Sequence record: OP778609
Length of the DNA: 64,000 nt
Source of the DNA: Escherichia phage A73
Direction: 5' to 3' (one strand)
Below are positions 9,365 to 19,085 of the stretch, piece after piece. Position numbers and translations under genes: made by a program. The number at the start of each line of letters is the position of its first letter. The stretch's first letter is position 1. Under the pieces are notes generated by a model. The model saw nothing but the letters and a program-made list of their open reading frames with translations, did no database searches and was not told the DNA's origin.

Positions 9365-9739
9365 TTACGCCAGGTTAAAGGTAGCTTTAATCAAATCTAA
9401 AGTTTCTTGTGCATTACTACGAGAGACGGCAACCTGAATAATAACAGGGTCTTCATCTTCCCCGACTTCTTTGAAGAAGGGAAATTCACTCTCTGCAAGT
9501 TCAAAGTATACACACTTGTTACCTTCGCAGTCGTGAAAAACGTCACTACCTAAAGTACCATCTTCAAATATGACATTGTTAACATATGCAACATTATCAT
9601 AGAAGTGGGTGGTGTTGACAACAAATTTAGGACCGTGCTTATAAATAAGGTCAACCAATTCTTGATTGTAGCTAGGGTCCATATTGATAAAAGCTTTTTC
9701 TAAGTCTTTATTAAGAATGTAAGTTTTTCCGATTTCCAT
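9365..9739 (-). CDS. hypothetical protein, tandem paralog family member 3
   Basis: Start moved to the internal Met (MEIGKTYILN) with RBS GAGGAG by paralog alignment; track ORF extends to 9826. Confidence 0.5.
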   Translation of the reverse strand: MEIGKTYILNKDLEKAFINMDPSYNQELVDLIYKHGPKFVVNTTHFYDNVAYVNNVIFEDGTLGSDVFHDCEGNKCVYFELAESEFPFFKEVGEDEDPVIIQVAVSRSNAQETLDLIKATFNLA

Positions 9740-9816
9740 CTTTGCTCTCCTCTTCAGTTGATGGATACATCTTAGTTGATATAGACATGTCTTGTCAATA
9801 ACTTTTTGCACATAAA

Positions 9817-9840
9817 AGAAAACCACCCTTCGGGGTGGTT
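9817..9840 (-). terminator. rho-independent terminator
   Basis: ACCACCCTTCGGGGTGGT hairpin with a T-run on the minus strand, after the polymerase 3' segment. Confidence 0.6.
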
Positions 9841-9847
9841 TAAATTA

Positions 9848-9994
9848 CTAGTGGCACGCCCCCCAGTTCATCCCTGTGAGGTATTCACCTGTTATGTGGA
9901 CAGGAGATTTCATCATTCGTGCTGCTTGCTCTACACAACGAACAACCATCTCTCCAACTGGACAATACATGATCGTGTAGATTCCATTCTCATC
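9848..9994 (-). CDS. DNA polymerase A, C-terminal segment (motif C Asp-Glu to C-terminal His)
   Basis: The last 48 aa of track ORF 9848-10198 (DENGIYTIMYCPVGEMVV...GMNWGACH) match the remembered T7 gp5/Pol I C-terminus including the terminal His; continues exon 1, which ends ...YYH. Confidence 0.6.
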   Translation of the reverse strand, partial: DENGIYTIMYCPVGEMVVRCVEQAARMMKSPVHITGEYLTGMNWGACH

Positions 9995-10919
9995 AGGATC
10001 ACACTTAAACTTCCCTTCTTTCACACAATGACCATCCAAGATCATTTTCTTAGCCAAGCAAGCTTCTACAAATTTCTTCGCGTCAGCTTCGTTGTCAAAG
10101 GTCCAGGTCTTCTTGAACTTGTGCGGTACTTCAAGCTGGTATTCATCCAAAAGTTTAACGAGGTCGTTACTCTCGCCCACATCATTACATGTTGCCATAC
10201 GTTTTCACATATGGATCGGACTATATCACCATCCTTTTCAGGATGCTCCCCATTTCGACGGCACTTGCTCGCCTACGCCTCTCGGCTAGTCTCTGAACGT
10301 TAGGACCATGTGTAGTCACAAGAGATGTGTGTCCAGTTTTTACGGATTTTTATGGACCTTACCACGTTGTAAGGATAACCCATATCCCGAATCTGTGCAC
10401 TTCCATAACCTTGCCCCAGGAAGTTGCAAATCTCTCTAACCTCTTCTTCGGTAACTATACTTCTGGCGTTATCAACCCCTGTTGCTGAACGACATTTATC
10501 AGCAAAGGTTTTCTTGATATTTCCACCACGAGTTGTCCATTGGAGGTTTGAATAGTGGTTATTCCTTTTGTCAGGCCACTTATGATCAACCTCCGGCAAA
10601 CCTTCAGGGTTTGGTACAAAACACTCTGCCACCAAAACGTGAACAGCCTTTGTAGTCGTCCTTTTGTTGAGATACAGACTTACAATAAGATACCCACGTC
10701 CATTATCAACTGCCGCCATTGGTTTCCCTCGACGACCTATAATGGTCCCGTCTTCATAAACCTTGTAACCGAAATAATCTTTATATTCCACATGATCCTC
10801 TTCGCTGCTGATTAACATAGTCTCATACTAACTCACACTTGAATTAATATCAACCTTAGTCTTCCAGCAATTAAAGGAGTTTTCGATGTGAGTTACCTCA
10901 CAAAGCCACAATGTTACTT
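9995..10919 (-). mobile_element. intervening sequence splitting the polymerase gene (intron-like or free-standing homing endonuclease cassette)
   Basis: About 925 nt inserted between the His and Asp codons of polymerase motif C; contains an HNH endonuclease ORF. Confidence 0.55.
10300..10818 (-). CDS. HNH homing endonuclease
   Basis: 172 aa; NUMOD4-like N-terminus (YKVYEDGTIIG) and HNH motif (VDHKWPDKRNNHYSNLQW). Confidence 0.8.
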   Translation of the reverse strand: MLISSEEDHVEYKDYFGYKVYEDGTIIGRRGKPMAAVDNGRGYLIVSLYLNKRTTTKAVHVLVAECFVPNPEGLPEVDHKWPDKRNNHYSNLQWTTRGGNIKKTFADKCRSATGVDNARSIVTEEEVREICNFLGQGYGSAQIRDMGYPYNVVRSIKIRKNWTHISCDYTWS

Positions 10920-13250
10920 ATGGTAATAGATAATACGTCTAACGCCTTCATCATACCAACCTTTCTTGACCAACTGCCAGTGCAGGAGGATACCCACCAA
11001 GTCAAACAGTGCAGCACCACCATTCTGCTGATAAGCATTAAGCAATGAGTGTTTGGAACGAGTGTAGATCTTACGTCCATCAAGACCGTAGATGAATCGC
11101 TTACCGTTAGCTTCCCAAAACTTCTCTAATGCTTCTTTACGACCTTTCAAGCCGATGTTGCTATCCCAGAATGCGTCGATTACTGCCTGGGCCTTCTCAA
11201 GAGTGATCCCCAGCATTGATGCAATCTTCGCTGCCTGTGCCCCGTACATAATTCCGTATGTCACACCTTTACCTTCACCACGAGAAACCTTCTTCCCTGC
11301 CGCTTTGGTATACGCTTCTGCGTTTCGGGAGTGAGCATCTCCAGATTCCATGATACGAAGATAAGCACCGCCATCGAAATCATAAGCGCCCCATGCTGCG
11401 ATCATACCTTCTAGGTTTGAACCGTCGATACCTACCTGATATTTACCCTCAGAGGCTCTGAATAGTTCACGCATCTCTTTACCGAGAAGAACTTTCTCAT
11501 CCGGCTTAGGTACGTTTGCTACGATCGTATGCTTACGACGACCTGTGTTAGTTATTCCACTATAACGGGCCGGAAGTTTACCGTCAACTCGTAGACGTGG
11601 ATGGTTAAGCCATCCGGTATCAACCTTCTCTTCTTTCAGCGGGTCAAGAACAGATCGTCGGTTACGTAAAGACAGCCATTTAACAATCTGTTTAGCCATT
11701 TCACCATCTACTCGCTCAAGGTTAGGGCAAAGACCCTGTTGATCCTTAAGTTGTGGAGATGTAGGTAATGCACGAGCTTTCTTACGGAAAAACTTGAACA
11801 TCTTTTCTTTATCTGACCACTGCTTAGGTGTGATCGCCAAGCTTTTCAGAATCAGATCACGATACTCCGTCTGATCCAAATCTTCAATGTATTGACGAAC
11901 AATCAGATCAACTTCACTATCGGGACGTTGTTTCTTGAACTGATCTTTAGTTGCATCCTTTGTACGCCAAATTGTTGGGACCCATCCTGCATCACGGATC
12001 AGGAACTTCTTAACGTCGTCCTGGTTACCAATACGCATCGGAATCATAATGTCCGGCATCTTTTGTTCTTTGATATCCATCAAAGCACGAGCCATATCTT
12101 CCGGCGGCAAAGGAACAAGCCCTTGCTGCTTAACGTTTTGTGCACGGATAAAATCACCCATTTTGGATTCGTCCTCTACACCGTGTTCAACACAATACTT
12201 GATCGCGGCAGCAGTAAGAGATCCGTCAGCCTTAAACGGCTTACTTGGTGCACCTTTAAATTCCAAGGCTTCCCAATTGATATTATAACCTAACTTCTCT
12301 AACCATTTCCAACCTGTACCGGAAAGAGATCCATCACCCTTGAAAGGTTTGGATGGGAATGTCGGTTGTGCTGATTTCGACATCTCTTTCTTCGGCAACT
12401 TAGGTTCAACCTCTAACTCAATGTCAGTCATCATCTTATCGATACGATCACGAAGCTTGAGTGCTTTTTCTTCATCAAATGAAACACCCTGAATTTCTTG
12501 CTCAATCATCAGGTAGTCAGTCAACATACCTCGACGCAGGGCATTCTTCCAGTTGATCATTTTATACTTCTTCTGATCTTTGTCTGTTTCATCCTTAAAC
12601 ATGAAGCGTTTATCATCCGGCATGGATTCACAGGAGATCTCTTTCATCAGAGCATCCCACACCATTTCGTTGATAATTACGTCTTCAATAATACGATCGC
12701 AATACTTCCAAAGTGGAAGGCCACGCCAATCTTCAATCGCCACTTTCTGGTTAGCTACTCGCATACCCCAAGCTTCAAGCCCGTGTGGCCCTACAGGCTT
12801 CATTTTACCTGTGACGGGGTTCTTTACCATCTCAGGACAACCGCGAGGCAGAGGGCGATCTGGATACAATGTACGGGACATTGAAAGTGTATCGAAGATG
12901 GTTACTTGTTTACCATTGATCGTCCCCATGCAACCAGGGTCTGCAAACATATCGTAAGTTGTTCCTAGCATCTTCTTAAACAACTGGAGGTCATAGCCGA
13001 AGATGTTGTGGATAGCAACTGCTTTAGGCTCGGTAACGAACCATTCGTTTAATTCTTCAAGGGTGCGGATCTTGAAGTTTTTACCTTTAGATTGGATAAA
13101 TTTAACAGCTTGATCGTAACCTTCTCGCTGTGGATCAAGAAAGATGTTCCAGTTATCTTTTTTGTACTCTTTAAACAAGATGCAGTGGATTAGATCAACT
13201 TCTGTCAACAGACCATTAGCTTCCGCATCTCCAATAAATAAGCCTTTCAT
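10920..13250 (-). CDS. DNA polymerase A (T7 gp5-like), N-terminal exo domain plus polymerase domain through the His of motif C
   Basis: 3'-5' exo motif GDAEANGL; motif A GIDGSNLEGM; motif B KGVTYGIMYGA; tail GLDGRKIYTRS...NAYQQNGGAALFDL; the ORF stops two codons after the motif C His. Confidence 0.85.
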
Positions 13251-13416
13251 TTTTTCTCCTTCTTTTAAACTCCAACTAGACTAAAACAAAGCCTAGCCGG
13301 AGGTATGACCCTTCGGCTAGGTTATCAAAAGTGTCGGTATCCTTCATCAACAAAATAAAGTATTACCAAGATGGCAAACACGACACCCAAGAATATTAAT
13401 CCTAGTGAAGTTGGCA

Positions 13417-13650
13417 TCAGTCTTCTATTACCTCAAATTCATCATTAAAAGCTACGATAGTTTCACCGTAGCCCATGTTTAATCGGGCAGTTGTAGGTTT
13501 GCCATTCCTAGATAGATAGTACACCCTCGCTTCGTAAATGTCACCAACTTTTACACCGTAAGCCTGTAGGTCTTTGTTATTGATATCTTTATTTTCAGCA
13601 TTGATTATTCGAACACTGCTGATCTCTGAGTATACAGAATTATCTTTCAT
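13417..13650 (-). CDS. hypothetical protein
   Basis: Start set at the internal Met with RBS GAGGA; track ORF 13417-13692. Confidence 0.4.
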   Translation of the reverse strand: MKDNSVYSEISSVRIINAENKDINNKDLQAYGVKVGDIYEARVYYLSRNGKPTTARLNMGYGETIVAFNDEFEVIED

Positions 13651-13940
13651 CAGTATTTTTCCTCTGGACGGAAAACTCCACGGCAAGCCCACATACTTGC
13701 TTCTTTGAGGCGATCTTTAGCCTTAGATAAGCAATCAGATGCAAAAAGCACGGAATCTAGATCCCCTTCGGGAATCGAAGAGTCATTAGCCAGTCGATTA
13801 TATTCCTCAATAATCTCGTCTTCTAATGCTTTTAAAATAAGACCTAAACGAATTTCAGCATCTTTAATGGCATTCACCTTACCGATTTTTTCATCGGTGT
13901 GTGGTTTGTAGCCCTTAATGTCATCAATAGCCATTACCAA
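13650..13940 (-). CDS. hypothetical protein
   Basis: 96-aa ORF. Confidence 0.45.
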   Translation of the reverse strand: MVMAIDDIKGYKPHTDEKIGKVNAIKDAEIRLGLILKALEDEIIEEYNRLANDSSIPEGDLDSVLFASDCLSKAKDRLKEASMWACRGVFRPEEKY

Positions 13941-14422
13941 TCCTCTTCTGTTTGTTCATACTCGGAAGGGGTGATGAAGTAATTCTGCCCCCGCTTGCAC
14001 TGGTTGAAAGTCCCAACATACCAAGTACCGATATCCATGTTGATGAAAGTTTCTTCTTGAACAAAGATCAGATCAGTAAGATTATTGTCTGATCGTTGGG
14101 TCGCTAACAAAATATGCTCAAAATCTGCTAATGTTATGTTGTAACAGAAACCATCTTCGTCCTCCATAACTGCAACAACAGAGCTACGCCCTTGGGTGAA
14201 TTGACGAAACTGTAAACGTAAATGACGATGTTCATGTTCATTCGTCTTCACCTTTTTCCGATTTTCGAAATATTCTTCGGAATAATTTGGATGCTTTAAT
14301 TTCAGCTTTTCGATCTCTTCGGTAGAAAGAGCATCCTTATCCCAACCAGTAAACCATTTACCGTTATCATTAAATACCGCAGGGTATTTACGCTTACTCA
14401 AATCTTTAAACATTTGAATCAT
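13934..14422 (-). CDS. hypothetical protein
   Basis: 162-aa ORF. Confidence 0.5.
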   Translation of the reverse strand: MIQMFKDLSKRKYPAVFNDNGKWFTGWDKDALSTEEIEKLKLKHPNYSEEYFENRKKVKTNEHEHRHLRLQFRQFTQGRSSVVAVMEDEDGFCYNITLADFEHILLATQRSDNNLTDLIFVQEETFINMDIGTWYVGTFNQCKRGQNYFITPSEYEQTEEDW

Positions 14423-14732
14423 CTCCTTCAGCTAGGCTACGAATATACTTGAAAATTTCTTCATGATCATTACCAAATGCAACATATCCCTTTTCAGCAT
14501 CAAGTCCATAATTATGCTCTATTTTCTCTAAAAAGCAATTTCCGTAAGTAATTTTTTCAACCAGGGGATCGGATTCTGAAAAACCCAACCCAAAAGCTTT
14601 CCAGTGCTCACGTTTAAGCTCCACGTATTCCCACGGTTTATCTCCATCGTGGAATAACACAAGGGTGTCTTGATCTTTCTTTTCTACATTGACATGACCA
14701 TAAAATCCACTGGGCGATTTGTTAAATTTCAT
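14406..14732 (-). CDS. hypothetical protein
   Basis: Start set at the internal Met with RBS GGAG; track ORF 14406-14792. Confidence 0.45.
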   Translation of the reverse strand: MKFNKSPSGFYGHVNVEKKDQDTLVLFHDGDKPWEYVELKREHWKAFGLGFSESDPLVEKITYGNCFLEKIEHNYGLDAEKGYVAFGNDHEEIFKYIRSLAEGDDSNV

Positions 14733-15054
14733 AATCTTCTCCGTAAATATCTTTAATTTTTGAACTGAGGTATCCAGGATCGCAGCCATCATACCACACT
14801 TCTACGAAAACCTTTTGGGAATCTTTGATGATCTTTGCCCCGACTCTTTCAATCCCCTTGAAGAAAGATTGTAAGATGTAATCATCTAACACGTTTACTC
14901 CATAAGCATCGTGGAGGGATTTTTCATCGTGAACATACACAACCATCTTACCATCATACGTAACTTGAATGCAAGGGTCATCTTCCCAAGTAATAGCCGG
15001 AGAATCCGGCTCAAGCTTTGCAATAACACCAATAGTCAATCGGTTGTCACTCAC
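14722..15054 (-). CDS. hypothetical protein
   Basis: 110-aa ORF. Confidence 0.45.
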   Translation of the reverse strand: MSDNRLTIGVIAKLEPDSPAITWEDDPCIQVTYDGKMVVYVHDEKSLHDAYGVNVLDDYILQSFFKGIERVGAKIIKDSQKVFVEVWYDGCDPGYLSSKIKDIYGEDYEI

Positions 15055-16268
15055 TCTTTACCCCCTGCGATGCGTAACATTTGGATAGTTTTCTCCAGTT
15101 CTTTACGAGGTTTGGCAACTAAACGACGTTCGTGTCGCTTCAGGAAGCCTTCTAAGAACTCTAACGGTTTAAAGGATAACACTTCCTGTACTGATTCGTC
15201 AACAGCATACTCTTTCTGGACCATACGATAAACCGGATTTTTTACAGTTACAGGAGTATAACCCTTACTGATCGCCATTTGGGTAACAACACGCTTCTTG
15301 CCATCGGTCCATGAGTCATCGATCGGGAAAGAATCTTTACCGTATTTTTCAGAGAATAACTTAACTGCTGTTTTTGTCAAGTCATCCTGATCTTCTTGTG
15401 TTCGACTTTGACCCCAATAATAACCACCAGAGGTCTTAGCACGACGTTCCGAGAACAAAGCAAGGTCATCGTACTGCTCAAGAGCTAAACGCGCCAGAAG
15501 CTCGATATCGTCGCTTTCTGACAGCAGTCGGTTTGCTTCGTACTTAACTTCAAAAGTATTTGCACTATCACGATCACGGTCAAGGGTGAAAGCTTCTGGC
15601 TTGAAGTCGTAATCGAATTTAAAATTACCTGGAACACGAGTAACGAACAGTCCATTTACAAACAGGTTGCAGTCACCGCCTGTGATAGATCCATCCTCTT
15701 CTTCATTTTGGTATTCATCAGCCGCATTGTACAGCTTAGTATAAGCTTTGCCTCGATCATTCTGAATAACGACTGTACGTTCAGTTGTTGGTGCATAGTT
15801 ATCCATAATTTCTGACATAGCGTACTGAGGGATGTTTTCAATGATCACAGTTACAGTATTTGAATCACGGCCCGACAAAGCATTTTCATGGATATCTACA
15901 GCCAAAATGTTCTGTTCGTATGTGGTATCGTAAACCATATTTGGAATCCAAAGATCATTACCATTTTCGATAACGATATCTGCACCTTCACGAACAAGCA
16001 CTAAAAGACCTACTTTCAGACCTTCGCCAAACTTACCGATCTTACTGTCATCATCACGTTTGGTTGAAACACCCATCAAAAGGCCGGAGACAGGAACAAC
16101 GCCACCACGAGAGATGATTGTGATCTTGCCTTGATTACTGTCATCATTGCCAAAATAAATATTGAAATCTTCCGTATCGATAGCGTTTTGCATGAGTTCA
16201 CGAGCACCTTGCCACCATGACCAGTGGCTGACGTAATTTTCAGTGATGCTCAATTTAATCTGTTTCAT
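15051..16268 (-). CDS. GHKL-superfamily ATPase (MutL/MORC/Hsp90-type ATP-binding fold)
   Basis: 405 aa; N-box ELMQNAID and Gly-rich G2-like box GKFGEGLKVG. Confidence 0.6.
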   Translation of the reverse strand: MKQIKLSITENYVSHWSWWQGARELMQNAIDTEDFNIYFGNDDSNQGKITIISRGGVVPVSGLLMGVSTKRDDDSKIGKFGEGLKVGLLVLVREGADIVIENGNDLWIPNMVYDTTYEQNILAVDIHENALSGRDSNTVTVIIENIPQYAMSEIMDNYAPTTERTVVIQNDRGKAYTKLYNAADEYQNEEEDGSITGGDCNLFVNGLFVTRVPGNFKFDYDFKPEAFTLDRDRDSANTFEVKYEANRLLSESDDIELLARLALEQYDDLALFSERRAKTSGGYYWGQSRTQEDQDDLTKTAVKLFSEKYGKDSFPIDDSWTDGKKRVVTQMAISKGYTPVTVKNPVYRMVQKEYAVDESVQEVLSFKPLEFLEGFLKRHERRLVAKPRKELEKTIQMLRIAGGKE

Positions 16269-16280
16269 TTATTTACCCTC

Positions 16281-16997
16281 TTATTTGTTGTATTGATAAA
16301 TTGCTTCAGCTAAACCCCGTGGAGTTAGTGACCGGATCATCTTAGTTCTTGCTGACTTACCTCCCAACTTATTCTGCTGATCTGACCAACCAGGTGCAAC
16401 AGGAACCGGAGAGGTTTTTGGAATTATAAACCCATTTCCTGTCCAAAGTCCAGTCTTTTTCGGATAAGCATCCCGTGGTTTAATGTATTGAGGAAAATAA
16501 GGGTTAACATCATTTACCGGAAGGTAACCACCATATTCCCAAGGGTTAAAATATACAGTAGGTTTTCGCCATTGTCCAGCTAAAACACTTACTGGGTTTT
16601 CAATCATATACGGACAATCGAAAACAAATTCAGCAAGCCAGGCTGCAATCTTCGCAGTTCTTACCGCCTTGATCTGGAAGAAAGGATCTTTTGCTTTCTT
16701 CGATGCAAAGTGACGAGAACCACTAACAGCCATATCGGTACATGGAGGGTAGGCAAGGATCAGGTCCGGCGCAGGCAATCCTAAGTTCTCTACATTCTCC
16801 ATCCATTCAATATCGATAAAGGCGTTAACGTAAGTGATGTTGGGATGAATTTCCTTTACGCCTTCATAATCCCCGTGATCAGCATCATCATAGTTGAAGC
16901 AGTAGCATTTGTGCCCTGCCTTCGCCCAGGGAAGAACATCAATCCCTGAGCCAGAAAAGAGACTCCAGATAATCTTTTTATTCATCGTAGCATCCAT
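16281..16997 (-). CDS. DNA (cytosine-5)-methyltransferase-like protein, minimal
   Basis: 238 aa; motif I LFSGSG, motif IV PPCTDMAVSG (catalytic Pro-Cys), motif VI ENP, motif IX-like RSLTPRG; very short target-recognition region. Confidence 0.65.
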   Translation of the reverse strand: MDATMNKKIIWSLFSGSGIDVLPWAKAGHKCYCFNYDDADHGDYEGVKEIHPNITYVNAFIDIEWMENVENLGLPAPDLILAYPPCTDMAVSGSRHFASKKAKDPFFQIKAVRTAKIAAWLAEFVFDCPYMIENPVSVLAGQWRKPTVYFNPWEYGGYLPVNDVNPYFPQYIKPRDAYPKKTGLWTGNGFIIPKTSPVPVAPGWSDQQNKLGGKSARTKMIRSLTPRGLAEAIYQYNK

Positions 16998-17290
16998 ATA
17001 GTGGTTAATTTACAAATACACCAGAAAATCCCGATCAGTGTAGCAAGAGCAATAACACAAGTCAATGCCATAGGTAAGAATATTGTCATAATCACTGCAA
17101 ATACTGAAATACCTACGCTTGCAATAAGATCCGGTACGAAATAGTGAAATGGTTCTCTGGCCTTTTTAACGTTGTCCCATGTTATCACTACGGAGGTAAT
17201 AGCGAGCCAGAATAAAAAGTACAAAGTGCAAGAAAATAAAGTCATATTTGACTTAATCATATCAAACCACATGTTGTAGAATTCAATCAT
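16982..17290 (-). CDS. small multi-pass membrane protein
   Basis: 102 aa; about three hydrophobic helices. Confidence 0.45.
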   Translation of the reverse strand: MIEFYNMWFDMIKSNMTLFSCTLYFLFWLAITSVVITWDNVKKAREPFHYFVPDLIASVGISVFAVIMTIFLPMALTCVIALATLIGIFWCICKLTTIWMLR

Positions 17291-17610
17291 TCAGTTTTCC
17301 TCGGTACAGATGCAATAACAGCCTTTTCGACGAGACATACAATAAATCTCCCAATCCCTGCCAAAAGGAGAGCAAAGACTGTAAAAGGCAACCCATAAAT
17401 AAGAACTAGGGCCATCAATCCAAAACCAATGGCAAACAGGGTTTCTGTGCCTAGCCACATCTTAGAGTAATTGATATAATTATACCGCAATTTTAAAAAC
17501 AGTCCAGCAATAGAGCCTACAGAAAATATACCAATCAACCAAGGTGCGGTTACAAATGAACGACTGAACCCTTCCCAAAAAACAAAAACATTAATGATTG
17601 CTTCGATCAT
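17287..17610 (-). CDS. small multi-pass membrane protein
   Basis: 107 aa; three to four hydrophobic helices. Confidence 0.45.
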   Translation of the reverse strand: MIEAIINVFVFWEGFSRSFVTAPWLIGIFSVGSIAGLFLKLRYNYINYSKMWLGTETLFAIGFGLMALVLIYGLPFTVFALLLAGIGRFIVCLVEKAVIASVPRKTE

Positions 17611-17861
17611 AAACCATACCTCGCTTCATATAAGAATTCATCAAGATCTTTACTGTCGTCTGAACCTTCTACTGTCAGTGGCATTAGATGTTCTTTAAAA
17701 TAATAGCAAAGATTGCCGGAACTTGTTTCTACTAAACATGTTGTTTTGCAAACCATTTTAACCCTTACCGATAGTCCGGCATCTTCATGGCTGTGGACCA
17801 TTGCAAGGCAACCATCGTAAAGCTTATCCTCATAAGGTAAGCAAGGATCTGGATTTTTCAT
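17607..17861 (-). CDS. hypothetical protein
   Basis: 84-aa ORF. Confidence 0.4.
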   Translation of the reverse strand: MKNPDPCLPYEDKLYDGCLAMVHSHEDAGLSVRVKMVCKTTCLVETSSGNLCYYFKEHLMPLTVEGSDDSKDLDEFLYEARYGL

Positions 17862-18154
17862 TGGGAACTTTCCTCCTCTGCATGTTTACGTACCCAAGCT
17901 ACACGGGCCGGATTGAGGTGTTTCTTAGTGTCTTTATGATATGTATACCGGCCTTTATCAAAAGGGAACTCACAGCACAGTCCAGCGTCGGTAAACTGTT
18001 GTTGCATCTCTTCAGACAAATCAAAATTATAGTCCGGCCAATGGTCCAGTGAGTAACATAACCCCTTACGACGATTAAACGGATCGCGGTCAGGTGCGCC
18101 ATCGTCAAGCCACGCGGCATAGGCTTTATAGAATGCTTTAAGTTGCTCGCTCAT
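17858..18154 (-). CDS. hypothetical protein (paralog of 8146-8523)
   Basis: 98 aa; shared motifs with the 8146-8523 protein. Confidence 0.5.
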   Translation of the reverse strand: MSEQLKAFYKAYAAWLDDGAPDRDPFNRRKGLCYSLDHWPDYNFDLSEEMQQQFTDAGLCCEFPFDKGRYTYHKDTKKHLNPARVAWVRKHAEEESSQ

Positions 18155-18550
18155 TTATTCCTCCTCTGCATATGCAATCTTAGTCATGTAGTCAATACAA
18201 TCATATTGAACATTGTGGCTATTAAAAACAGCCTTGCCTTTGTAAATAACTTCCCAATAATTAATACTTTCAATTTCGGAAAGGTAGGCAACACACTCCC
18301 CCTTCGGATTAATAAGTTCAACCTGCTCAGTTTCTCGTAATTTCCAACCAGTAGGCAACTGAACAACTTGTTCCTTAAAAATCATAATATTGTCACGGTA
18401 ACCCGTTGCCCTTTTAAATGCTCGGAGTAATTCTTTGTATTCACGATATTTCACATAAAGGCCGTCCTCTGATTTTTCCATACGGGCTTCATTGATATTG
18501 CAATTACCATCCATATCTCCAACCAGGTCGTAACGATATACAGGTTTCAT
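18155..18550 (-). CDS. hypothetical protein
   Basis: 131-aa ORF. Confidence 0.5.
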   Translation of the reverse strand: MKPVYRYDLVGDMDGNCNINEARMEKSEDGLYVKYREYKELLRAFKRATGYRDNIMIFKEQVVQLPTGWKLRETEQVELINPKGECVAYLSEIESINYWEVIYKGKAVFNSHNVQYDCIDYMTKIAYAEEE

Positions 18551-18759
18551 TTTTTAACTTTCTCCTTTTTCTCAGGTTTTACATCGCAAACTTTTTGTTG
18601 ATAACTGATCGGTGTTACATAGCGCCACGTCTTTTTAAGGTTCTCAACGAGGATTCGCATTTGTTCCTCATCAGCACCCCAGCCTGCGGTATGTGCTATT
18701 TCATCAACACTCATCTGGCATTTAACGTACCATCTTGTAATTGTCTTCGATTGTATCAT
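18547..18759 (-). CDS. hypothetical protein
   Basis: 70-aa ORF. Confidence 0.4.
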   Translation of the reverse strand: MIQSKTITRWYVKCQMSVDEIAHTAGWGADEEQMRILVENLKKTWRYVTPISYQQKVCDVKPEKKEKVKK

Positions 18760-18786
18760 TATCGTTTCCTTGAGGTCAAGAGATTT

Positions 18787-19083
18787 TTATTTAATACCTA
18801 ATTCTTTTGCACTGTAAATATCATTACCTTCATAGCCTTTGTAGTAGATCAGGATATCTTTGACAATCTCTCCCGTCGGTCCGCTCCGGCGAGTACGTGG
18901 TCGCTGTGCATTGACCAAATAAACTTCACCACGAGTATTTATTTTTGTTGTACGATGGCCTTCGACAAAGGTCAAAGTTGTATATGCAGGAACCTTAACA
19001 AGAACTTCTACCTGGTCACCAGCAGTATTCTGTTGTTCATTTGCCATATCATCTTTAACAACAGTAGTCATAAGTTTGGTCAT
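18787..19083 (-). CDS. hypothetical protein
   Basis: 98-aa ORF. Confidence 0.45.
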   Translation of the reverse strand: MTKLMTTVVKDDMANEQQNTAGDQVEVLVKVPAYTTLTFVEGHRTTKINTRGEVYLVNAQRPRTRRSGPTGEIVKDILIYYKGYEGNDIYSAKELGIK

Positions 19084-19085
19084 TT

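Noticed and set aside
9848-10198. Reading the 116-aa ORF as an independent hypothetical gene
   Set aside because: Its last 48 residues match the polymerase C-terminus including the terminal His, so it is interpreted as the downstream polymerase segment; the upstream 68 codons remain unexplained and are flagged in the findings.
11892-12957. Antisense ORFs opposite long genes (e.g. 11892-12293, 12498-12957, 20001-20492, 23197-23976, 32559-33269, 33450-33836, 34019-34411, 58362-59352)
   Set aside because: Each lies entirely within a longer opposite-strand gene that has recognisable motifs; treated as shadow ORFs.
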